Positions 10,501 to 17,422 of a DNA stretch of 64,000 nt are shown piece after piece (position 1 is the stretch's first letter; every line of letters begins with the position of its first letter). The position numbers were made by a program, and so were the translations under genes. Source of the DNA: Anaerolineales bacterium (lineage in GTDB: Bacteria; Chloroflexota; Anaerolineae; Anaerolineales; UBA11579); the NCBI GenBank assembly GCA_019454165.1, contig CP075367.1, positions 579,971 to 643,970 on the forward strand, written 5' to 3'. The notes under the pieces were generated by a model that was not told the origin of the DNA, made no database searches, and was given only the letters and a program-made list of their open reading frames with translations.

Positions 10501-11039
10501 ATTTCAAACTCCAGGCGAAATTTCTGGTAAAGCTCGTCTTGCCACTGTTCAGTTAAATTACCAGGTGCAACAATCAGACAGCGTTCCAAGTCGCCGCGCA
10601 GCATGAGTTCTTTTACATATAGACCAGCCATAATGGTCTTGCCTGCACCAGGATCGTCTGCAAGCAGGTAGCGCAGCGGTTGTCTGGTGAGCATGTGCTC
10701 ATAGACTGCTGAAATTTGGTGGGGCAAGGGGTCGATGATGGACAAGTGAACCGCCATCCACGGGTCGAACAAATAGGCCATTCGAATACGCGTAGCTTCG
10801 GAGGCCAGACGGAACAAATCGCCCTGGCTATCAAAAGCCCATTGTGTCCCCGGCTCAAAGATGGTCAGCGCATGCTCTTTTGAGCGAAAAAGCAGCTCTG
10901 TATGAAGGCCGCCTTGCTGGTCGCGGTAGACGACCTCCAGGGTATCGCCTAACCACTTCGCATCTATTATGGTGACCTTCTGTTTAGGGAGCAGGCCCTC
11001 AACCACCGATCCGTACTTTATTTCTTCTAACTTAGCCAC
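7512..11039 (-). CDS. SNF2/DEAH-type helicase with C-terminal PD-(D/E)xK nuclease-like domain (DUF3883-like)
   Basis: Motif I LLADDPGAGKTIMAG, motif II FDEAHKL, motif III LLMTATPHNG and motif VI-like QRFGRIHRIGQ. A long coiled-coil region follows, then a C-terminal GWDIES...RFIEVKGR core (D...E-x-K). GTG start at 11039. Confidence 0.85.
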   Translation of the reverse strand: MAKLEEIKYGSVVEGLLPKQKVTIIDAKWLGDTLEVVYRDQQGGLHTELLFRSKEHALTIFEPGTQWAFDSQGDLFRLASEATRIRMAYLFDPWMAVHLSIIDPLPHQISAVYEHMLTRQPLRYLLADDPGAGKTIMAGLYVKELMLRGDLERCLIVAPGNLTEQWQDELYQKFRLEFEIFTNARFEAARDGNVFTDVPLGIARLDWLSRNADYEEMLKRAEWDLVIFDEAHKLSASVFAGEISYTKRYRLGQALSQQTRHLLLMTATPHNGKEEDFQLFMALLDPDRFEGKYREGHHSVDAQDLMRRMVKEKLLRFDGTRLFPERRAYTVNYKLSDLEAILYEQVTNYVREEFNRAEQLDKEKRGTVGFALMILQRRLASSPEAIYQSLQRRRQRLEDKLREETLLQRGAQARAGLADWVNLDTEELENIDEIPDEELEALETEVSDMATSARTIDELQAEIFILKDLENMADKVRRSKDDRKWAELSRLLQEQNELFDSSGLRRKLVIFTEHRDTLNYLVDRIRTLLGKPEAVVAIHGGMLRDERRRVQSAFVQDKDVSILVATDAAGEGINLQRAHLMVNYDLPWNPTRLEQRFGRIHRIGQREVCHLWNLVANETREGYVYSRLLEKIEEQRRALNDDAVFDVLGELFREQSLRELLVQAVRYGDREDVRARLFEAVDNITDQNKVRALLEDQLLAGDVLDTTRIQNIREDFERAAAKRLQPHFVASFFAAAFEILGGSMHPREPRRYEITHVPGAVRERARLLGRGQVLERYERATFHKEDIDIAGKPTAEFLTPGHALVEAVQDILLERYGDLLKRGALLLDPNDPSEGPRALFYLEHSIQDGRPDSNGERRVISRQMQFVEMDAAGAARAAGAAPFLDYQPIPSEWLDAVRSQLSKDWLQNNFEERAIEYAVASMVPSHFEETSARRQEMVRKTAAAVKERLTKEIQFWDRRAEDLKAQEQAGKRNAKLNSEQARRRANDLQARLERRMEELEQERQLVAQKPRLLGGALVVPRGLLDTLGLAQEAEESGDELFGVQRRAVEQAAMQAVMDYERSLGHEPIDVSAQNLGWDIESRNGQGRLRFIEVKGRIAAATTVTLTRNEILAGLNQPEKYILAVVKVDFVADQPVLRERLYFRPPFEREPDFAATSVNYKIQSLVSLGAKNELRN

Positions 11040-11157
11040 TGGTGTGGATTATACGAGTAACCAGTATCTCATCTGGACAAATGGCCAAGGGCTTTTAGGA
11101 GCGGTCTTAACTGTGCCCGACAACGGAAAGCTAAAATTTGCCCCTAAGGTAGTTGGT

Positions 11158-11958
11158 CTAGAAACTGAAAAGCAGGAGGCTGGTCGCTACGACAATCACA
11201 ATGGAGTAGCCAACTATAAAGGTTGTTGGCACCCAAATTTCCTTTGATGTGAACGAGCGATATTTTTTCTTCCCAAAGCCCAGAGCGTCCCACTCGGCAG
11301 TATAGATCGCGATCTTTAAGTAGCGTTCTATTGTGTTAATAACCTTGAACTTCCCCGTATTTAATTGGCCAAACGAAGTTATCAGGCTTCTCCACGCTCC
11401 ACACAAGATCGCGCCGACTATGCCCAAAATTGCTATCCATGAAGCTCTGGCGACTTGACCATCTGAGTTTTGTAAAACAAAGCCAGCAACTGTGATAAGC
11501 GCACCATTTAGAGTTAAGAAAAATGAGTTTACAGTTTGCCTGCGGTTGATAAGATTCTCAGAGCTTTCGACCATTACTTTGTAAAGTTCAAGTGCCTGGG
11601 TAACATCCTTGTCGTTTTCTAACAAACCATTTGGAAACAGAACGTCAAGGAATCTATCTTCTGAAGGTTGCTTGTTTTCTATCAGCAGGGCTGCCCTTTG
11701 AATGGCCTCTACATACAGATCGTCCTCCCTTCGAGTTTCTGTATCTAGTGCACTATATTCAACCAAGGCTTCGTGCGCTTTATTGCTTCGCATCATCCAT
11801 GCTGACCAAGCGTCATGGACATCGCTCGGGGAAACCGCCTGCCCCTTGGCGCGCAAGAGAATTGCATAGAGACGAAGTAGGTCGTCGGCATCCTGGCGCG
11901 GTACTTTATTCGCTGGTATTTGCTTCCGGATCTCTTCGGCTATATCATCAAGATACAT
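11158..11958 (-). CDS. Membrane protein: N-terminal soluble helical domain plus 3 predicted TM helices (candidate effector partner of the TIR-like protein)
   Basis: Hydrophobic stretches FFLTLNGALITVAGFVL, WIAILGIVGAILCGAWRSLI and IWVPTTFIVGYSIVIVVATSLLLF follow a roughly 140-aa polar N-terminal domain. ATG 11958 directly follows the TAA (11961-11959) of the upstream TIR-like gene. Low GC: 23/60 in line 11521-11580. Confidence 0.65.
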   Translation of the reverse strand: MYLDDIAEEIRKQIPANKVPRQDADDLLRLYAILLRAKGQAVSPSDVHDAWSAWMMRSNKAHEALVEYSALDTETRREDDLYVEAIQRAALLIENKQPSEDRFLDVLFPNGLLENDKDVTQALELYKVMVESSENLINRRQTVNSFFLTLNGALITVAGFVLQNSDGQVARASWIAILGIVGAILCGAWRSLITSFGQLNTGKFKVINTIERYLKIAIYTAEWDALGFGKKKYRSFTSKEIWVPTTFIVGYSIVIVVATSLLLFSF

Positions 11959-12342
11959 TTATCCCCAGCTACTAAGCCAAGTGATAATGTCGGCGAAGTT
12001 CCAACGAATAACATTTGCGCTTGGCAACCCTTGAGGAATGATATGTGTTTCGTCGCGATTAATTTGGATGCCAAACATGTAGTTGCTCTGTCTAATGGTC
12101 TCTGCAATCTCCCACAAAACAGCCTCCGAACGATAAGTGGTTGCACCTATCAATACAATGGTCCCCTTGGTTTGGGCTATTCGTTTTGCGCACTCAGTCT
12201 TCCAGGCGAAATCAAAAGGATCCTTTACAGAGTAATCATAGAATTCAATTTCATTGTTTTTGTCTTTGGCTTGTTGCACCAAGAAATCACGAGCCCATTT
12301 ATCTTCCATTTCAAAACTTATAAAAGCGCGTGGTTTTGCCAT
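11959..12342 (-). CDS. TIR-like domain protein (DUF1863/MTH538-type, ThsB-like)
   Basis: PRAFISFEMEDKWARDFL (beta1 plus acidic motif) and GTIVLIGATTYRSEAVLWEIAETI (conserved W-E) match the DUF1863 TIR-like pattern that includes Thoeris ThsB (from memory). AGGAGG-type SD sits upstream of ATG 12342. Confidence 0.7.
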   Translation of the reverse strand: MAKPRAFISFEMEDKWARDFLVQQAKDKNNEIEFYDYSVKDPFDFAWKTECAKRIAQTKGTIVLIGATTYRSEAVLWEIAETIRQSNYMFGIQINRDETHIIPQGLPSANVIRWNFADIITWLSSWG

Positions 12343-12479
12343 ATTGCCTCCTCGTTGGCAAGTAGAATTTCCTTATTATAGTAGTAAGCTGCTTGTCTCA
12401 GCTCAGATTGTAAAGATGACAACTGTAATCGGCTTGCCGGAGTGGATGGAACTACTGATTTTATACAATAGACTAGTCA

Positions 12480-13148
12480 ATGACAACAAGGGGGTTTCAA
12501 TGTGCTGGGTGTGGGGTTAAAGGCGCGATTTGGTGCAAAAGTTGTCAAAATCAGACTGTGAGAATAGGGCTGCTCTGTTGCAAAAGATGCGGCTATCCAT
12601 CTGAGAGACATATTTGCAAGTGGTGCTGTTATGAAACGCCCTGGTTTGACAGTGCCAGGTCTTGGGCTCGCTATAGTGGTGAGCTTCGTAAAGCATTGGT
12701 TTACCTGAAGACACAAGAAAGTGTCGATCTAGCGTCCGCATTGGCTGCCCATTTGGCGGAAGTGCTTTTACCTAGCTGGGCAATTGATTTAGTAGTTCCC
12801 ATTCCACTGTCCGCAACCCGGCTGCGTATGCGCGGCTTCAATCAAGCAGAATTGTTGGCACAAGCTTTTGCTCAGCTAGTACAACTGCCTATCGCAATTA
12901 AAGCGCTAATGCGGATTCGTGATACTAAGTTTCAGCGAACCCTGGGACGTGCAGATAGAAAGCAGAACGTGAGACAAGCCTTCAGGGCTGACGGGAGATC
13001 ATTTGCTGGAATGAAGATACTAATAGTCGATGATATTTTCGTAACTGGCGCAACGATTAATTCGGCTTCTAGGGCAATAAAGAAAGCTGGAGGACACTCT
13101 GTGTTCGCAATTACGGTTGCGCGAAGTCTGTTAAACACACCTGCATGA
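12480..13148 (+). CDS. comFC: ComF-family protein (double zinc ribbon plus phosphoribosyltransferase domain)
   Basis: N-terminal Cys pairs CAGCG...CKSC and CKRCG...CKWCC. PRTase PRPP loop ILIVDDIFVTGATINS near the C-terminus. TACAAT lies 10 nt upstream of the ATG. Confidence 0.75.
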   Translation: MTTRGFQCAGCGVKGAIWCKSCQNQTVRIGLLCCKRCGYPSERHICKWCCYETPWFDSARSWARYSGELRKALVYLKTQESVDLASALAAHLAEVLLPSWAIDLVVPIPLSATRLRMRGFNQAELLAQAFAQLVQLPIAIKALMRIRDTKFQRTLGRADRKQNVRQAFRADGRSFAGMKILIVDDIFVTGATINSASRAIKKAGGHSVFAITVARSLLNTPA

Positions 13149-13320
13149 GAATAAAAGGAACATCGAACCGCCTTCCCTATCGGGTGCAACGCGGGTGCAA
13201 CCGGAATTGATTCAGTACTCAAAAATTGACTGTATTGACAGATTTCCCCCTCGATTTACGGGTAAAATCGACCCCGTTACTCGTTATAGACTCTATTTAC
13301 AGCCCTTTGAAGTTTCGCTA

Positions 13321-13349
13321 GGTTGTAGGTTCGAGTCCTACCCGAGGAG
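13321..13349 (+). other. Orphan tRNA 3' fragment (T-arm plus 3' acceptor strand), possible relic att site
   Basis: GTAGG-TTCGAGT-CCTAC is a canonical T stem-loop (GGTTCGAGTCC), followed by 7 nt CCGAGGA. No matching 5' acceptor strand, D arm or anticodon arm could be built from the upstream 60-100 nt. It sits exactly where low-GC sequence changes to high-GC. Confidence 0.35.
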
Positions 13350-13410
13350 CTCACTCCCCCTTTCTTTCCCCTCCAGAGAAGTCACCCCACGTTCCGGCGC
13401 AGGCCCACAA

Positions 13411-14232
13411 ATGAGCGAAAGTTTGCCGGGGTTGCGCGCTAAGGTTCTACTGTATGCAGCCTCCGGCGTGGTACTGGTCGCCGCCGCGGCGCTGGGCTGG
13501 AACTTTCGCATAGGCCGTCCGCAGTTCAGGCCAAACCCAATAGACCCCACGATCATCGAAGTGCTGGTGCGTCATGGAAATTTCGACGCCGGCATGCAGG
13601 CTGACAACCGCCGCGGCGGCCAGCTTGCGCTTCCGCCGCGCCAGGTCTGGCTTGATGATTATTGGATCGAGCAGACCCAGGTCACCAATGTACAGTATGC
13701 CCACTGTGTCGCAGCCGGAGCATGTTCTGTGCCCCTGGATGCGGAGCTCAACCCGCACTTTTACGATGAAGCCTATGCTAACCACCCGGTGGTTTTCGTC
13801 ACCTGGCAGAACGCGGCAGATTTTTGTGCCTGGGTGGGTGGCCGGCTGCCGACGGAGCTGGAATGGGAAAAAGCGGCCCGCGGCGATCAGGGGCGTTTGT
13901 ACGCGTGGGGAGAAGCCAACCCGGAACTCAACGCCTATGTGAATATCAACAACATCCATGACGGCACGGTCCCGGTGGGCTACTACCCGGAGAGCGCCAG
14001 CCAGTATGGTGTTCTGGATATGGGCGGCAACGTGCGCGAGTGGGTCTTCGACTGGTACAGCGAGGATGGCTCCGACGCTTTGAGCGGGCCGGAAACCGGC
14101 GAAGCCAAGGTGCTGCGCGGTGCATCCTGGTTTGATCCGGGCTTCTTCTCCATGACCTTTGATCGCCTGCAGCACGTTCCCGATTCGCCCGGCCAGAACC
14201 GCGGCTTCCGCTGTGCCTTTTCTGACCAATAA
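13411..14232 (+). CDS. Formylglycine-generating-enzyme (SUMF1/EgtB/PvdO) family protein with N-terminal membrane anchor
   Basis: Motifs VTNVQYAHCV, HPVVFVTWQNAADFCAWVGGRLPTELEWEKAARG, GNVREWVFDWY, VLRGASWF and FRCAF. Start set at ATG 13411 (MSESLPG..., followed by a TM helix). The upstream 72 codons cross the tRNA-like fragment and low-GC DNA. Confidence 0.8.
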   Translation: MSESLPGLRAKVLLYAASGVVLVAAAALGWNFRIGRPQFRPNPIDPTIIEVLVRHGNFDAGMQADNRRGGQLALPPRQVWLDDYWIEQTQVTNVQYAHCVAAGACSVPLDAELNPHFYDEAYANHPVVFVTWQNAADFCAWVGGRLPTELEWEKAARGDQGRLYAWGEANPELNAYVNINNIHDGTVPVGYYPESASQYGVLDMGGNVREWVFDWYSEDGSDALSGPETGEAKVLRGASWFDPGFFSMTFDRLQHVPDSPGQNRGFRCAFSDQ

Positions 14233-14397
14233 GCCCTAGCTCCGCGGTATCGCTGCAAGCTATCGAGCAAAGCTAGCCTTTCGGCAGCCTTGCTCCTCGC
14301 TTTCGTATTCCCTTTCGTGACAAGCTGCACATGCAGATGAGTCTTGGTTTCTTGCGGAAACTTTAGACGAAAATTAGTGTTAGTATCTTTAGGTATA

Positions 14398-14423
14398 TGT
14401 GCAACGTGTGCAATTTTGTGCAA
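14398..14423 (+). promoter_or_regulatory. Three direct TGTGCAA repeats at helical-turn spacing (candidate operator upstream of the SorC-type regulator/PTS operon)
   Basis: TGTGCAA occurs at 14398, 14407 and 14417 (9-10 nt periodicity), about 70 nt upstream of the ATG at 14494, in an AT-richer intergenic stretch. Confidence 0.35.
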
Positions 14424-14493
14424 ACGCTAGGAGCATATATCTTGTCGGGGGGCCCCGGCGGATGCCGGGTGGTTCCAACAGCAGGGGTGCGCC

Positions 14494-15456
14494 ATGCAGG
14501 ATGTTGAGCGCCAAGCCCTGTTGGCACAGATTGCAGAGCTGTATTACATGCAAAACATGAGCCAAGCCGACATTGCACAGCGTTTTGGGTTCTCGCGCTC
14601 CAAGGTTTCGCGCCTGATCACCGAATCGCGTGAGAGCGGCACCGTCCAGATCCGCATCAACCATCCGGTGCGCAGAGACTCGGCGCTCGAAGGGCGCCTG
14701 GCCCAGGCCTTCCGCCTGCAGGAGGTACACGTCCTGCAGACCAGCCTGTACAACGAGGCGCAGAGCCTGCGCTCCCTCGGCCGCCTGGGCGCCTACTACC
14801 TTAATGAGCACCTTACCGCCACCAGCACCCTCGGCATATCGTGGGGCACGGCCATCTACGAAGTCGCCCAGGCGCTGCGCCAGCGCAATTATCCTGACTT
14901 CCGTATCGTGCAGATCATTGGCTCCATCGGCTACGGTGACCCGGCCGTAGACGGCCCTGAGCTGGCCCGCAACATCGCTTCTGTTTTCTCCGGCAAGTAC
15001 TTCACCCTCAACTCCCCCGTCATCGTCAAAGACATGCAAGCCCGCGACACCCTGATCGGCGAACGCCACATCAGCGATGTGCTCGCGCTGGGCCTGCAGG
15101 CTGATTACTACCTGGTCGGCATCGGCTCCACCACGCCGCAGCACTCGGCCCTGGTGCGCGCCGGCAGCGTGCTGGCCAAGGAGATGCAGAGCATCAACAA
15201 GCTAACCGGCGCGGTCGGTGACATCTGCGCCCGCCTGTACGACGAGAACGGCAACTTCGAGGGCATTGACTTCAACCAGCGCGTCGTGGGCATCTCGCTG
15301 CAACAGCTGCGAGATGCCAAGGGCACCGTCGTCGGCATCGCCGGCGGCGAGGCCAAGGCGCCCGCTATCCTGGGCGCGGTGCGCGGCGGCCTGATCGATG
15401 TGCTCATCACCGACGACAAAGCCGCCGCCACCGTATTGGAGTTGGACAAAGAATGA
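14494..15456 (+). CDS. SorC/DeoR-type sugar-binding transcriptional regulator
   Basis: N-terminal HTH LLAQIAELYYMQNMSQADIAQRFGFSRSKVSRLITESRESG is followed by a sugar-phosphate-binding-type domain (GISWGTA..., VGIAGGEAKAPAILGAVRGG). Confidence 0.8.
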   Translation: MQDVERQALLAQIAELYYMQNMSQADIAQRFGFSRSKVSRLITESRESGTVQIRINHPVRRDSALEGRLAQAFRLQEVHVLQTSLYNEAQSLRSLGRLGAYYLNEHLTATSTLGISWGTAIYEVAQALRQRNYPDFRIVQIIGSIGYGDPAVDGPELARNIASVFSGKYFTLNSPVIVKDMQARDTLIGERHISDVLALGLQADYYLVGIGSTTPQHSALVRAGSVLAKEMQSINKLTGAVGDICARLYDENGNFEGIDFNQRVVGISLQQLRDAKGTVVGIAGGEAKAPAILGAVRGGLIDVLITDDKAAATVLELDKE

Positions 15457-15740
15457 GCATGGCAACCCTCAAAACCACCATTCAGCATGAGGCCGGCTTG
15501 CACGCCCGCCCGCTGGCGCAGTTCGTCAAGACCGTGAAGGAGTACGACGCCGAAGTGCAGGTGACCAACCTGACCCGCGGCAAAGGCCCGGTCTCGGGCG
15601 CCAGCCCGGTCAAGCTGCTGCTGCTGGCCGTGCTCAAGGATCACGAGATCGAGATCGAGGCCACCGGCAGCCAGGCTGACCAGGTGCTGCAGGCTCTGCA
15701 AACCCTGATCGACGACAACTTTGGAGAAAACGATGCTTGA
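15453..15740 (+). CDS. ptsH: HPr phosphocarrier protein
   Basis: 95 aa with the active-site His context HEAGLHARPLAQFV. ATGA overlap with the regulator stop. Confidence 0.85.
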   Translation: MSMATLKTTIQHEAGLHARPLAQFVKTVKEYDAEVQVTNLTRGKGPVSGASPVKLLLLAVLKDHEIEIEATGSQADQVLQALQTLIDDNFGENDA

Positions 15741-16158
15741 TTTTCTTTCAGACAATATGGGCGTGCTTGCGCTTCTGCTCCTCATCATGTGGGGCTTGCA
15801 GTTCGCCTTCACGTATGTGCAGATGCGCAAGTTCTACGCCCGCCTCAAGATCGTGCGTCAAGCCGGGCTCACCGCGGTGGGCAAGGGTGGCGGCCAGTAC
15901 CGCGGCCGCGTCTACGGCGTGCTGACCGTGGATGAGAACAAGACCATCATCCATGCCGAGAAAATGTCCGGCTGGTCCAACTTCTCCGGCCTCAAAGCCG
16001 TGCCCGAGCTGATCGGCCTTTCCCTACACGACATTCTGGATGAGACGCGTGAACTGCCCGTGTCTCGCAAACTTTCCGAAGCCTTCCGCGATGCCGCGGC
16101 GTATCTGCTTGATGCGAAACCCTCGCAGACCCTCCCCGAAGCAGACCCCGGCAAATAA
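15733..16158 (+). CDS. gutM: Glucitol operon activator GutM-like protein
   Basis: N-terminal TM helix VLALLLLIMWGLQFAFTYVQMRKFY is followed by a soluble domain, and the gene lies directly upstream of srlA. ATG 15733 was preferred over the TTG at 15721. Confidence 0.6.
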   Translation: MLDFLSDNMGVLALLLLIMWGLQFAFTYVQMRKFYARLKIVRQAGLTAVGKGGGQYRGRVYGVLTVDENKTIIHAEKMSGWSNFSGLKAVPELIGLSLHDILDETRELPVSRKLSEAFRDAAAYLLDAKPSQTLPEADPGK

Positions 16159-16241
16159 ACTTAATGACAGGAGGTACCCCAGCCAGCGATTGCCGAAATG
16201 TCTCATCACCCTAATCGACTACTAGAGGAGAGTTTCTGACT

Positions 16242-16778
16242 ATGGATGCTTTAGTACATGCAGCAGAATGGTTCATCGGCCTGTTCCAAACAGGCGGCGG
16301 AGTGTTCCTTTCCCTCGTCGGCGGCATTATCCCGCTGCTGATCGTTCTGTTGACCGGCGTTAACGCTCTCGTGGCCCTGATCGGCCCCGAGAAGATCGAC
16401 AAGGTGGGCGAGTGGGCTGCCCGCGACGGGATCATCTACTACCCCGTTCGCTACATCCTCCTGCCCTTCCTGGCCGTGTTCTTCCTGACCAACCCCATGG
16501 CCTACACCATGGGTCGCTTCCTCCCGGAGCGCTTCAAGCCGGCTTTCTACGATGCCGCCGTCTCCTACGTTCACCCTCCGCTTGGTATCTTCCCTCACAT
16601 CAACCCGGGTGAGCTGTTCGTATGGCTCGGCATTGCTGCCGGCATTGAGTCCCTCGGCCTGTCCACCGTGCCTCTGGCGTTGTGGTACCTGGTCGTTGGC
16701 TTGATCGTGATCTTCATCCGTGGCGTTGTGACGGAGCGCATCACTGCAATCATGTGGGCGCGCCGCCAGGCCAAGTAA
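16242..16778 (+). CDS. srlA: PTS glucitol/sorbitol transporter subunit IIC (SrlA-like)
   Basis: MDALVHAAEWFIGLFQTGGGVFLSLVGGIIPLLIVLLTGVNAL... is a multi-TM sequence matching the SrlA N-terminus as I recall it. Confidence 0.8.
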   Translation: MDALVHAAEWFIGLFQTGGGVFLSLVGGIIPLLIVLLTGVNALVALIGPEKIDKVGEWAARDGIIYYPVRYILLPFLAVFFLTNPMAYTMGRFLPERFKPAFYDAAVSYVHPPLGIFPHINPGELFVWLGIAAGIESLGLSTVPLALWYLVVGLIVIFIRGVVTERITAIMWARRQAK

Positions 16779-16796
16779 GAGAAGGAGAAACAAACG

Positions 16797-17330
16797 ATGA
16801 ATGCGTTCCTCGTAAAAGTTGGCCGCGGTGTGGGTGGCGTCGTTGGCGCCCTCTACCAAGCCGGCCGTGACGCTGTAGACCAGGTTGTCGTCAACATTCT
16901 GCCCTTCATGGCTTTCATCAGTCTGGTGATCGGTATCATCCTTGCCACTGGCATCGGTGACTGGATCGCCAACCTGCTGGCCCCTCTGGCCGGCAGCCTG
17001 TTCGGCCTGTTGGCTCTCTCCGTGATCATTGCCATCCCCGTGCTCTCGCCCCTGCTGGGCCCCGGCGCGGTGATTGCTCAGATCATCGGTACCCTGTTGG
17101 GCAGCACCCTGCTGGCCAACGGCAGCATCCCCCCCGCCTATGCCCTCCCGGCTTTGTTCGCCATCAACCCGCAAGTGGGTTGTGACTTCATCCCGGTGGG
17201 TCTGGCTCTGGGTGAAGCTGAACCCGAGACTGTGGAAGTTGGCGTTCCGGCGGTGCTGTTCTCCCGCCTGATCACCGGCCCCGTGGCTGTGTTGATCGCC
17301 TTCCTGTTCATGCCCCTGCTGCCCTACTAA
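16797..17330 (+). CDS. srlE: PTS glucitol/sorbitol EIIBC membrane (C-terminal, IIC2) portion as a separate gene
   Basis: 177-aa polytopic membrane protein ([39 protein letters not shown]...) that corresponds to the C-terminal half of SrlE. Confidence 0.6.
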   Translation: MNAFLVKVGRGVGGVVGALYQAGRDAVDQVVVNILPFMAFISLVIGIILATGIGDWIANLLAPLAGSLFGLLALSVIIAIPVLSPLLGPGAVIAQIIGTLLGSTLLANGSIPPAYALPALFAINPQVGCDFIPVGLALGEAEPETVEVGVPAVLFSRLITGPVAVLIAFLFMPLLPY

Positions 17331-17422
17331 TCACTTGCTTTGAGCCTGGGAGGGGAACGCACGTTCCCCTCCCAGCTCAGAAGTGAAACGGAACTTAGGA
17401 CAAGAGAGGATAAGAAAAGACG

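Noticed and set aside
11048-11053. A confident promoter call for the defence operon
   Set aside because: TATAAT is present 8 nt from the GTG start, but there is no acceptable -35 or TG extension. It is mentioned only within the leaderless-pattern finding.
13246-13349. A complete tRNA or tmRNA at this position
   Set aside because: Only the T-arm plus 3' acceptor strand is recognisable. The best 5' pairing partner is a 5-bp CCTCG about 100 nt upstream, with no D or anticodon arms. It is kept only as a fragment or att-relic hypothesis.
13195-13410. N-terminal 72-codon extension of the FGE-family ORF
   Set aside because: It runs through low-GC non-coding-looking DNA and the tRNA-like fragment. 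ATG 13411 gives a normal N-terminal membrane anchor.
14389-17174. Long minus-strand ORFs 14389-15144, 15108-15830 and 16251-17174 opposite the SorC/HPr/PTS genes
   Set aside because: They are antisense to genes with strong family motifs, and their translations are repetitive (DGQ/HGV-rich).
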